The notes under the pieces: model-generated
The model's input: only the letters and a program-made list of their open reading frames with translations
Database searches by the model: none
What the model was told of the DNA's origin: nothing
In this document: positions 36,865-45,085 of the stretch, piece after piece
Position numbering within the stretch: position 1 is the first letter of the stretch
Layout: every line of letters starts with the position of its first letter
Position numbers and translations under genes: made by a program
NCBI GenBank assembly: GCA_040289515.1
Contig: PSLI01000014.1
Location: 1-45,085, forward strand
Direction: 5' to 3'
DNA length: 45,085 nt
Source of the DNA: Candidatus Sysuimicrobiota bacterium
GTDB taxonomy: Bacteria > Sysuimicrobiota > Sysuimicrobiia > Sysuimicrobiales > Sysuimicrobiaceae

Positions 36865-38966
36865 CGGGCCCCCACGGGCTCCGGCGCCTGCTGCGGTTCG
36901 ATGGCCCTGCACGACCCGTTCACGCATCGGTAGTACGGTTCGCCCCGGCGGGACCGGCGCAGGGCCGTGGGGTAGCCGCAGCGGCTGCACCGGCGTTCCG
37001 TGGGCCGGTCCCACGAGGTGAAGTCGCAGGCGGGGTAGTTGACGCAGCCGTAAAAGATTCGGCCCCGCCGGGAGCGGCGCTCTATCACCTCGCCCCCGCA
37101 CTTGGGGCACGCCACGCCCATCCCCACAGGCCGCGTGTACGTGCAGTCCGGGTAGCCGCTGCACGCGATGAAGGTGCCGAAGCGACCCTGCTTGCGCACC
37201 AGTTCCCGACCGCACACCGGACAGGCCTGCCCGGTGGGTTCCGGCTTCATCTCCACTTCCTCGATGAGGGCCTCGGCCCGCCGCAGGTCCTGCTCGAAGG
37301 GTTCGTAGAACTCCCGCACCACACCCACCCAGTCCGCCTGGCCCTCCTCCACCCGGTCCAGGTCCTCCTCCAGGTGTGCGGTGAAATCCACGTCCACGAT
37401 GTCGGGGAAGTACTCCCCCAGCAGGTCGTTCACCAGCCGGCCCAGCTCCGTGGGCACCAGCCTGCGGTCCACCACCCGCACGTAGCCCCGCTTCTTGATG
37501 GTCTCCAGGGTCGGAGCGTAGGTGGACGGCCGGCCGATCCCCTTCTCCTCCAGGGCCCGCACCAGGGTAGCCTCCGTGTAGCGGGGTGGCGGCTGGGTAA
37601 AGTGCTGCTGGGGGGTGAGCTCCACCAGCTCCAGCTCCTCCCCAACTGCCAGCTCCGGCAGCCAGCTTTCCATCCCTTCCTCGCCCTCCGGGGGCAGGTC
37701 CCGGTACACCACCAGGAAGCCCGGGAACTTCACCCGCTGGCCCGTGGCGCGCAGCAGGTACGCACCCGCGGTCACGTCCACGGCCAGGGTGTCCAGTACC
37801 GCGGAACTCATCTGGCTGGCCACGAAGCGTTCCCAGATGAGCCGGTACAGCTTGTACTGGTCCGCCCGCAGGTAGGGCTTTACCTTCTCCGGGGTGCGGA
37901 ACACGGAGGTGGGCCGGATGGCTTCGTGGGCGTCCTGGGCACCCCGGCGGGACGCGTAGCGACGGGGCTGCTCCGGCACGTACGCAGCGCCCCACCGCTC
38001 CCGGATGAAGGTGCGGGCCTCCTCCTGCGCGGAGGAGGCCACCCGCACGGAGTCGGTGCGCATGTACGTAATCAACCCCACCGTTCCCTCCTCGCCCACG
38101 TCCAGCCCCTCGTACAGCTGCTGGGCCAGCGACATGGTGCGGGAGGCCGAGTAGCCCAGGCGACGGTTGGCCTCCTGCTGGAGAGTGCTGGTGATGAAGG
38201 GCGGGGAGGGGTGGCGCTGCAGGTCCCGGCGCCGCACCTCCGCCACGCGGTACGCCGCGGCCTGTAGCTCCCGCAGGACGCGGTGCGCCTCTTCCTGGTT
38301 GGGGATCTCCACCTTGGTGTCGCCCCGGGACACCAACCGTGCCTCGAACACAGCCTGGTCCGCGGGCCGGCGCAGGCGCGCAGTGATCGTCCAGTACTCC
38401 TGCGGGGTGAAAGCCTCGATCTCCCGCTCGCGGTCGCACACCAGGCGCAGGGCCACCGACTGCACCCGGCCCGCGCTCAAGCCCCCCCGCACCTTCTTCC
38501 ACAGCAGGGGGCTGAGCTTGTACCCCACCAGCCGATCCAGCACCCGGCGTGCCTGCTGCGCGGCCACACGGTTCATGTCGATGTCCCGCGGGTGCTGCAA
38601 GGCTCTGCGCACCGCCTCGCGGGTCACCTCGTGGAACTCAATGCGGCGGATGTTGGGGTTGACCCCGTTCAGAAGCGTCTGCAGGTGCCAGGAAATGGCC
38701 TCCCCCTCCCGGTCCGGGTCCGGCGCCAGGTACACGGTGTCCGCCTCCTTGGCGGCTTCCCGCAGCTCCCGGAGGATGGGGCCCTTCCCTTTGATGACGA
38801 TGTAGTGGGGCGCAAAGCCGTTCTCCACGTCCACGCCCAGCTTGGACTTGGGCAGATCACGCACGTGTCCCATGGAGGCCAGCACCCGGAAGCGCCGGTC
38901 CAGCAACTTCTTCAGGGTGCGGGCCTTGGTGGGCGACTCCACGATGACCAGGCTTTTGTTCGACAC
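36861..38966 (-). CDS. topA: DNA topoisomerase I (type IA) with C-terminal zinc ribbons
   Basis: LVIVESPTKA, GHVRDL, DPDREGE, SAGRVQS, ITYMRTDS (catalytic Tyr), AQDAHEAIRP, three CxxC ribbons. Confidence 0.97.
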   Translation of the reverse strand: MSNKSLVIVESPTKARTLKKLLDRRFRVLASMGHVRDLPKSKLGVDVENGFAPHYIVIKGKGPILRELREAAKEADTVYLAPDPDREGEAISWHLQTLLNGVNPNIRRIEFHEVTREAVRRALQHPRDIDMNRVAAQQARRVLDRLVGYKLSPLLWKKVRGGLSAGRVQSVALRLVCDREREIEAFTPQEYWTITARLRRPADQAVFEARLVSRGDTKVEIPNQEEAHRVLRELQAAAYRVAEVRRRDLQRHPSPPFITSTLQQEANRRLGYSASRTMSLAQQLYEGLDVGEEGTVGLITYMRTDSVRVASSAQEEARTFIRERWGAAYVPEQPRRYASRRGAQDAHEAIRPTSVFRTPEKVKPYLRADQYKLYRLIWERFVASQMSSAVLDTLAVDVTAGAYLLRATGQRVKFPGFLVVYRDLPPEGEEGMESWLPELAVGEELELVELTPQQHFTQPPPRYTEATLVRALEEKGIGRPSTYAPTLETIKKRGYVRVVDRRLVPTELGRLVNDLLGEYFPDIVDVDFTAHLEEDLDRVEEGQADWVGVVREFYEPFEQDLRRAEALIEEVEMKPEPTGQACPVCGRELVRKQGRFGTFIACSGYPDCTYTRPVGMGVACPKCGGEVIERRSRRGRIFYGCVNYPACDFTSWDRPTERRCSRCGYPTALRRSRRGEPYYRCVNGSCRAIEPQQAPEPVGAR

Positions 38967-39033
38967 GGCGCGCCCGTCGTGCACCCCCTTCGGTCGGCCC
39001 CATGGTAGCACAGGACGTCAACCGGGCCGGGCG

Positions 39034-39639
39034 CTAGCGGAACAGGTCTCCTTCCGGCGGCCGCACCAGGGTCTGCGCGCTTCCCTCGCCTCCTGCGGGC
39101 CACCCTCGGATCAGCACGAGCGGCCTCCCTTCGTCCGCCTGTCCCATGAGCAGCGTGGCCGCGGAGGCCAGCTCGTCCGCCACCACCACGCCCACCGCGC
39201 GACCAAAGCTCCCGCGAAGGGCCTCCCGAATCCTGCGGGCGGAGGCGTCGGGATTTTCCGGCAGCAGCACCGCGACATCCGGGCCCGCGTTGGATTGGTC
39301 CAATCCCGCGTTGGCGCACACGAACCCCAGCCGGTGGCGCGCGACCAGAAGGCCCGGCCGCTTGCGCACCACCTCCACGGACTCCCGCAGGACCAGCTCC
39401 ACCAGACTCGGGTCCTTGCCCACCTCCGAGGCGAGCCGGCGCGCGGCTTCGGAGGGGGTCACCTCCGACAGGCACACCACCCGGCCTTCCGCCAGAGACA
39501 CCACCTTGTGAGCCACCACCAGCACGTCTCCGTCTTCCGGCGCGGGAGCCGCAGCCGTCAGGTTGTCCACCACCCACCGACCCAAATCCTCCCCGGCCCG
39601 CAGGAGCCGGCACGGGACGGCCCGCATCCAGATCTCCAC
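39034..39639 (-). CDS. cofE: CofE-like coenzyme F420-0:L-glutamate ligase with an apparent internal deletion (possible pseudogene)
   Basis: DGDVLVVAHKVVSLAEGR, GFVCANAGLDQSN, LLPENPDASA, ADELASAA.LLMGQADEG.P; only 201 aa and lacks the GRP.R.G segment. Confidence 0.8.
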   Translation of the reverse strand: MEIWMRAVPCRLLRAGEDLGRWVVDNLTAAAPAPEDGDVLVVAHKVVSLAEGRVVCLSEVTPSEAARRLASEVGKDPSLVELVLRESVEVVRKRPGLLVARHRLGFVCANAGLDQSNAGPDVAVLLPENPDASARRIREALRGSFGRAVGVVVADELASAATLLMGQADEGRPLVLIRGWPAGGEGSAQTLVRPPEGDLFR

Positions 39640-39725
39640 AGCCCCTCCTTGCCCGGGCGTGGTATGCTGCGCAACGCAGGGTGCCTACGGCGCACCACCC
39701 GCGTTTCCCTGCCGGGAGGAGCACG

Positions 39726-40691
39726 ATGCGGCTGGCCTTCCTGGGCGACGTGATGCTGGGCCGGCTGGTCAACCGGGCGCTGCAAACCCGGCCCCCGAGC
39801 TACCCCTGGGGGAATGTGCTTCCCATCTTCCGGACCACCGACGGCGCGGTGTGCAACCTGGAGTGCGTGCTGTCGGACCGCGGCAGCCCGCAGCCGGGCA
39901 AGCTGTTCACCTTCCGTTCCGACGCGCGGAACGTGCGGGTTCTGCAGGCCGCCGGTGTGCGGGCGGTGAGCCTGGCCAACAACCACGTGCTGGATTTCGG
40001 GGATGAGGCCCTGCGGGAGTGTCTGGCGGTCCTGGAGGCGGCCGGCATCGCCCACGCGGGAGCGGGCCGCGACGCGGAGGAAGCCCAGCGGCCGGCCCGG
40101 TGGAACTGCAAGGACACGGAGGTGGGGCTTGTGGCCTTCACGGACAACGAACCGGACTGGGAGGCCACGGCCACCCGACCCGGCGTGTTCTACGCCCCCG
40201 TGGATCCCGAGGATCCGCGGTTCCAGCAGGTGCTGCAGCACACCCGGCACCTGAAAACGCAGGTGGACGTGGTGGTGGTCTCCGCCCACTGGGGCCCCAA
40301 CTGGGGCCGCCGCCCCCTTCCCGAGCACCGCACGGCGGCGCGCCTGCTGGCCCAGGCGGGTGCCCATGTAGTGTGGGGGCACAGTCCTCACATCGTGCGG
40401 GGCGTGGAGTTCGTGGACGGGTGCGTGGTGCTCTACAGCTGCGGCGACTTCGTGGATGATTACGCGGTGGACGAGGTGGAGCGCAACGACTGGTCGTTCG
40501 CGTTCCTGCTGGACTGGCACCCGACGGGCGTGGAGGTGGAGGCCATCCCCACCACCATCCGGCACTTCCAGGCCGAGCTGGCTCAGGGTTCGGAACGCGA
40601 GGCCATCTGCCAACGCATGCGGGAGCTGTGCGGGGAACTGGGTACTGCCGCGGACGAGACTCCCCGCGGGCTGCGGTTGCACCCGGCCTGA
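39726..40691 (+). CDS. CapA (PGA_cap) family metallophosphoesterase
   Basis: GDVMLGR, NLEC, SLANNH.LDFG, S.HWG, GHSPH, YSCGDFVDDY; GGAGG RBS and TGgTATGCT at 39660-39668. Confidence 0.92.
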   Translation: MRLAFLGDVMLGRLVNRALQTRPPSYPWGNVLPIFRTTDGAVCNLECVLSDRGSPQPGKLFTFRSDARNVRVLQAAGVRAVSLANNHVLDFGDEALRECLAVLEAAGIAHAGAGRDAEEAQRPARWNCKDTEVGLVAFTDNEPDWEATATRPGVFYAPVDPEDPRFQQVLQHTRHLKTQVDVVVVSAHWGPNWGRRPLPEHRTAARLLAQAGAHVVWGHSPHIVRGVEFVDGCVVLYSCGDFVDDYAVDEVERNDWSFAFLLDWHPTGVEVEAIPTTIRHFQAELAQGSEREAICQRMRELCGELGTAADETPRGLRLHPA

Positions 40692-40694
40692 GAG

Positions 40695-41066
40695 CTAGCG
40701 GTCCAAGGGGCAGGATCCCACCCGCACCAGGCGGCCCAGGGTGGATCGATGCCGGACCACCCAGCGGTAACCCGCTTCCACCACGCCCGGAAACGCCTCC
40801 GCCAGCGCGGCCAGGGGCCGGCCGAGGGGTAGCAGGCGCAGCAGGGGTGCCACTGCACGCCCCCCGGAGGCCACGCGGCCGTCCGGGGCCACGAGGTGCC
40901 AGCTGGACATGCGCGCCTGCTGTGGCAGGGTTTCCAGCCACTGCGCCGCCCTCGGATCCTGAAGGGGGCACGTGCGGATCCTGCCAGCGCGGTCCCACCG
41001 CAGCACCCACCCCACCGCCCAGGTGCAGAACCCGCAGTCCGCATCGTACAGCAACACCCAGGGCAA
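40695..41066 (-). CDS. DCC1/DUF393 family thiol-disulfide oxidoreductase
   Basis: LLYDADCGFC (DxxCxxC), Y.WV..HR; TTG after GGAGG. Confidence 0.88.
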   Translation of the reverse strand: MPWVLLYDADCGFCTWAVGWVLRWDRAGRIRTCPLQDPRAAQWLETLPQQARMSSWHLVAPDGRVASGGRAVAPLLRLLPLGRPLAALAEAFPGVVEAGYRWVVRHRSTLGRLVRVGSCPLDR

Positions 41067-41137
41067 CGCTTCTGCCTCCCGGGGCCGGCCGTCCCCGGGG
41101 CTATAGTACTGGTACGCGGGCGTCTTGGGAGGCGGAC

Positions 41138-42052
41138 ATGCGCGTGGCGGTCCTAGGAGCAGGTGGGACGGGCGGCTTCTTCGGGGGCCTGCTGGCCCGC
41201 GCGGGTGAGGACGTGGTGTTCGTGGCCCGCGGGGCGCACCTGGAAGCGCTGCGGCAACGTGGTCTCGTGGTGAGGTCCCACGCCGCGGGGGAGTTCGCGC
41301 TGCCTGTGCAGGCCACGGACCGCACGGAATGCCTCGGGCTCGCAAACCTCGTGCTGGTCTGCGTCAAGACGTACGACACCGAGGCCGCCCTGCACCTTCT
41401 GCCACCCTTGGTGGGCCCGCACACGGTGATCTTCTCCGTGCAGAACGGGGTGGACAACGCGGAGATCATCGGCCGCGCGGTGGGCGCCGAGCACGTGCTG
41501 GGGGCGGTGGCGTACGTGAGCGCCGTGCGGGAGTTCCCCGGGGTGGTGCGCCACCTGGGTGGGCCCGGCAAGCTGGTGCTGGGGGAGCTTTCCGGCGGGG
41601 CCAGCCCGCGGCTGGAGCAGCTGCGTGCGGCGCTGGAGCGCGCTGGGATCCCCGTGGAGGTCAGCCCCAACGTACCGGTGGCCATCTGCCAGAAGTTCCT
41701 GTTCATCTGCGCCTTCAGCGGCACCACGGCCCTCACACGCCTTCCTATCGGGCCCATCCTGGCCTGCCCGCAGACCCGGGAGCTGTTCTGCGGGCTGGTG
41801 CTGGAGGCGGAGGCGGTGGGGCGGGCCTGCGGCGTGAAACTCCCGCACGACTGTGTGGCCACCGCGGAAGCCTTCGAGCCCTGGGCCACCAGCTCCCTGT
41901 CCGCGGACCTGGCCGCGGGTAAGCGCCTGGAGCTGGAGGCGCTGCACGGGACCGTGGTGCGGCTGGGGCACCACCACCGGGTGCCCACGCCCCTCAGCTT
42001 CGCCGTGTACGCGGCGCTCAAACCGTACGGGGACGGGCCGCCCGGAACCTGA
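41138..42052 (+). CDS. panE: Ketopantoate reductase (PanE/ApbA) family protein
   Basis: VLGAGGTGG..G, VCVKTYD, VQNGVD, KF, SS..DL..G..LE.E.L.G; ATG after GGAGG. Confidence 0.88.
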   Translation: MRVAVLGAGGTGGFFGGLLARAGEDVVFVARGAHLEALRQRGLVVRSHAAGEFALPVQATDRTECLGLANLVLVCVKTYDTEAALHLLPPLVGPHTVIFSVQNGVDNAEIIGRAVGAEHVLGAVAYVSAVREFPGVVRHLGGPGKLVLGELSGGASPRLEQLRAALERAGIPVEVSPNVPVAICQKFLFICAFSGTTALTRLPIGPILACPQTRELFCGLVLEAEAVGRACGVKLPHDCVATAEAFEPWATSSLSADLAAGKRLELEALHGTVVRLGHHHRVPTPLSFAVYAALKPYGDGPPGT

Positions 42053-42055
42053 CCG

Positions 42056-43105
42056 TCACCGCGCGTACCGGCCTCCGGGAAGCCGGCGTACCAGGCCCCG
42101 CACTTCCAGGGCCACCAGGAGGGCGGCCACCGCGGAGGCAGGACCCGCACCCGCGGCCACCAGCTCGTCAGGGTACCGGGGCTCCCGCAACAGCTCCAGA
42201 ACACGCTGCTCCGCAGGTCCCAAGGGCAACTGCGCTGTGCGAGGTTCGGGCAGCCCCAGGGCCTGCAGCACGTCCGCGGCCGACTCCGCCCAACCCGCGC
42301 CCTCCCGCAGGAGCCGGTGCGGGCCCGCGGACCGCAAGTTCAGCACGCTGCCGGGCACCGCGAACACCTCGCGCCCCTGCTCCAGAGCGAGGTCTGCGGT
42401 GATCAGGGCTCCGCTGCGGAGGGTAGCCTCCACCACCACCACGGCCCGCGACAGCCCGCTGATGATGCGGTTGCGCAGGGGGAAGTGGTGCTTGGCGGGC
42501 GGGGTTTTAGGCGGGTACTCGGTGACCAGCGCGCCATGGCGCGCCACCTCCCCCGCCAGGCGCTCGTGTTCTGCGGGGTAACGCACATCCACCCCGCAGC
42601 CCAGCACCGCCACCGTGGTCCCTCCCGCCTCCACGGCTCCCCGGTGGGCGGCAGCGTCGATCCCGCGGGCCAGGCCGCTCACCACGCAGACGCCGGCTCG
42701 CGCGAGTTCTTCGGCCATGCGGCGGGCCACATACTCCCCGTCCGAGGAGGGGTTGCGAGTGCCCACCACCGCCACGCAAACCGCCCGCGTCAGGCGCCCG
42801 CGCACGTACAGGGCCAGGGGCGGGTCCGGAATCCCCCGCAGCTGCTCCGGGTAGTCCCCATCCGCCAGGGTGACCACCTGCGCGCCGCAATCTGCCGCCT
42901 CGGCAACCAGGCGCGCGGGATCTGCCTCCTGCAGGAAGTGCAACAGCCGGCCTGCGCACCGCTGCCCCACCAGCTCCTCCAGAGCCCGCCTGTCCAGGCC
43001 CACCGCCTCGCGGACCCCGCCGGTGGCCTCCACCAGCCGGTGCTTCGCCCGCACGGACAAGCCGGGCGCCGCGTTCAGCAGGACGTACGCCTCCCGGTCG
43101 GTCAC
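42056..43105 (-). CDS. dprA: DNA-processing protein DprA
   Basis: YP..L..I.DPP.ALY.RG, AVVGTR, VSGLARGIDAAAH, FPLRNRIISGLS, SGALITA..ALEQGREVFAVPG. Confidence 0.96.
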   Translation of the reverse strand: MTDREAYVLLNAAPGLSVRAKHRLVEATGGVREAVGLDRRALEELVGQRCAGRLLHFLQEADPARLVAEAADCGAQVVTLADGDYPEQLRGIPDPPLALYVRGRLTRAVCVAVVGTRNPSSDGEYVARRMAEELARAGVCVVSGLARGIDAAAHRGAVEAGGTTVAVLGCGVDVRYPAEHERLAGEVARHGALVTEYPPKTPPAKHHFPLRNRIISGLSRAVVVVEATLRSGALITADLALEQGREVFAVPGSVLNLRSAGPHRLLREGAGWAESAADVLQALGLPEPRTAQLPLGPAEQRVLELLREPRYPDELVAAGAGPASAVAALLVALEVRGLVRRLPGGRYAR

Positions 43106-44622
43106 GGGCCCCGGTCCAGGGAGCGGTACTGGATGGCCTCCGCCACGTCCGATGCCCGTACCGCTTCACAGCCCTCCAGGTCCGCGATGGTGCGCGCCAC
43201 CCGCAGGATGCGGTCGTAGGCACGGGCGGAAAGGCCCAGGCGGTCCATCGCTGCCCGCAGCAGCTCCCGGCCTGCGGCGTCGGGGCTGGCGTACCTCCGG
43301 ATCACCCGCGCGGGCGCCTCCGCGTTGCACCGGTAGGGTCGACCCGCGTACCGCGCAGCTTGGATCTGTCGGGCACGGGCCACCCGCTCCCGGATGGACC
43401 TGGAAGGCTCAGCGGGCTGCCCCTCCATGACCGCGCGGCTGTCCAGGCGCGGGACCTCCACGTGCAGGTCGATGCGGTCCAGCAGCGGTCCGGACACCTT
43501 GGCCTGGTAGCGCCGAACCTGGGAGGGGGTACAGGAGCACTCCCGCAGCCGGTCTCCGCGGCTGCCGCACGGACAGGGATTCATGGCCGCGATCAGGGTG
43601 AAGCGGGCGGGGAACGTGACCGTAGCGGCAGCCCGGGCCAGGGTGACCCGCCCCTCCTCCAGAGGCTGCCGCAACGCCTCCAGCGCGTCGCGGTGGAACT
43701 CCGGCAGCTCGTCCAAGAACAGCACCCCGTGGTGCGCAAGGCTCACCTCCCCGGGCCGCGGCACGTTGCCTCCCCCAAGCAGCGCCGCGTAACTGGCCGT
43801 GTGGTGGGGAGCGCGAAAAGGCCGCCTCCGCACGAGGCCGCCCCGCGGCGGCAGGGCCCCTGCCGCGCTGTAGATGCGGGTCACCTCCACCGCTTCCTCC
43901 CACGTCATGGGCGGTAGGATGGTGGGCAGCCGCCGGGCCAGCATGGTCTTGCCAGCACCCGGAGGACCCACCAAAAGGACGTTGTGCCCGCCCGCGGCGG
44001 CAATCTCCAGGGCGCGCTTGGCGTGCTCCTGGCCCCGGACCTCTGAGAAGTCCACCTCGTCCTCCACCTCCGGCTCGTGGAACCCGTTGCAGATCGCGGG
44101 TAACAGCGGTAGCTCGCCGCACAGAAACCGCGCGGCCTCCAACAGGTGGGACACCCCGTACACCTCCACCCCGGGCACGAGGGCGGCTTCCTGAGCGTTG
44201 TCCGAGGGCACCACAAGCCTGCGCAGCCCCGACCGGGCCGCGTGCAGCGCCGCAGACAGTACCCCGTTCACGGGCCGCACGGCCCCATCCAGGCTCAGCT
44301 CGCCCAAAAACAGCGTCCTCTCGCATGCGTGTGCGGGGATCTGCCCGGTGGCCGCCAGGACCGCCACGGCCATGGGCAGGTCGAAGCTCGGCCCCTCCTT
44401 TCGGACGTCCGCAGGCGCCAGGTTCACCGTGATCCTGCGGGTGGGGACCTCGAAGTTGGCGTTCTTGATGGCGGCCCGGACCCGCTCCTTGGCCTCCTGC
44501 ACCGCAGCATCCGGCAGACCCACGATGGCGAACCCGGGCAGGCCCGTGGCTACGTCCACCTCCACCTCTACCGGGTAGGCTTCCAGCCCCAGCACGGAAC
44601 TCGACCGCACCTTGGCCAGCAT
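43102..44622 (-). CDS. comM: ComM/YifB Mg-chelatase-like AAA+ ATPase
   Basis: IVGLPD..V.E..ERV, ITVNLAPAD.RKEG..FDL, GPPGAGKTMLARR, PGEVSLAHHGVLFLDE, AAMNPCPCG, SGPLLDRID. Confidence 0.95.
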   Translation of the reverse strand: MLAKVRSSSVLGLEAYPVEVEVDVATGLPGFAIVGLPDAAVQEAKERVRAAIKNANFEVPTRRITVNLAPADVRKEGPSFDLPMAVAVLAATGQIPAHACERTLFLGELSLDGAVRPVNGVLSAALHAARSGLRRLVVPSDNAQEAALVPGVEVYGVSHLLEAARFLCGELPLLPAICNGFHEPEVEDEVDFSEVRGQEHAKRALEIAAAGGHNVLLVGPPGAGKTMLARRLPTILPPMTWEEAVEVTRIYSAAGALPPRGGLVRRRPFRAPHHTASYAALLGGGNVPRPGEVSLAHHGVLFLDELPEFHRDALEALRQPLEEGRVTLARAAATVTFPARFTLIAAMNPCPCGSRGDRLRECSCTPSQVRRYQAKVSGPLLDRIDLHVEVPRLDSRAVMEGQPAEPSRSIRERVARARQIQAARYAGRPYRCNAEAPARVIRRYASPDAAGRELLRAAMDRLGLSARAYDRILRVARTIADLEGCEAVRASDVAEAIQYRSLDRGP

Positions 44623-44735
44623 GGGAACCCTCCGCACAGTCCTTCCACGGAGTGAACGCGCCAAAAAGGCAGTTTTGGACGGGGGCCGAAGAGGAGCTCC
44701 GCCGGGGCTACCGGGACCGGGTTTGACAGGGCGGC

Positions 44736-45029
44736 TTACACACGGCCCAAAAACCGCAGGGCAGCTTGTAGCTTCTCAGGCTCGCCCACCAGCTGCCGCA
44801 GGGACTGGCAGACGTCCGATCCGCTCAGACTCACGTCTTTGGACCGGAACGCCACGAACACCCTCTGCCCCCGAACTGCCACACCGTAAGGTCTGAGGGC
44901 GAGCAGCTGGTCCGCGTAGGCGGCGAACCATTCCCGTGCTTGCTCGGGGGTGGGACTGTACGCCACGTAGCCCAGTTGCCCGAGGGCCTCCGGCAGGCTG
45001 ACCCGCTCACTCGGGTTATACCGCCGCAA
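44736..45029 (-). CDS. Hypothetical protein (97 aa), possibly a remnant
   Basis: Protein-like composition, unlike the shadow ORFs, but a TTG start without a clear RBS and no recognisable motif. Confidence 0.4.
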   Translation of the reverse strand: MRRYNPSERVSLPEALGQLGYVAYSPTPEQAREWFAAYADQLLALRPYGVAVRGQRVFVAFRSKDVSLSGSDVCQSLRQLVGEPEKLQAALRFLGRV

Positions 45030-45085
45030 CAGCCAAAGCGCTCACCGAGTCACTCCCTGGTGCATCACCCCCCTTGAGCCTTGCC

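Noticed and set aside
35977..38502. 841-aa fusion or phage-integrase reading of the Xer ORF
   Set aside because: The extension is an off-frame overlap with topA; the synteny is housekeeping and no att sites or phage genes were seen.
44723..44728. Plus-strand TTGACA as a promoter
   Set aside because: No -10 at a suitable spacing and no plus-strand gene downstream.

Overview
Very GC-rich (roughly 70% by eye) bacterial core-genome region, almost all on the minus strand. Right to left: an orphan ORF; comM-dprA; a four-gene mixed-orientation block (panE-like, DCC/DUF393, CapA-like, internally deleted cofE); topA-xerC-hslV-hslU; rpsB-tsf-pyrH-frr-(PASTA-like small ORF)-uppS-cdsA-dxr-rseP; mgtC-like, rhomboid, archaeal-type SAM synthetase (mat), beta-propeller lipoprotein, FmdB zinc ribbon; a seven-gene membrane/MoxR/DUF58/double-VWA operon; mtnP, a small membrane protein, ltaE; an unannotated 29-aa Lys/Ala micro-protein; a plus-strand mlaE-mlaF-mlaD operon whose MlaD ends in a beta-barrel-like domain; L20 leader-infC(ATA start)-rpmI-rplT-trmH-like; yqzL-like ORF, Phe T-box, pheS-pheT-cvpA; and an IS256 element running off the left edge. 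Firmicute-like gene order and RNA leaders plus an outer-membrane-anchored MlaD suggest a diderm Terrabacteria lineage such as Armatimonadota or relatives (inference only). The most striking observation is an 87-bp segment of pheT (3814-3900) repeated at 86/87 identity and in frame inside pheS (4816-4902), adding 23 residues to the PheS coiled-coil arm. Other highlights: the histone-tail-like micro-protein, a T-box with no terminator (possibly translational), a structured leader ahead of mat, and a cofE missing its conserved central segment. I saw no rRNA, tRNA or CRISPR array. All family calls come from motif recognition by eye; no searches were run.
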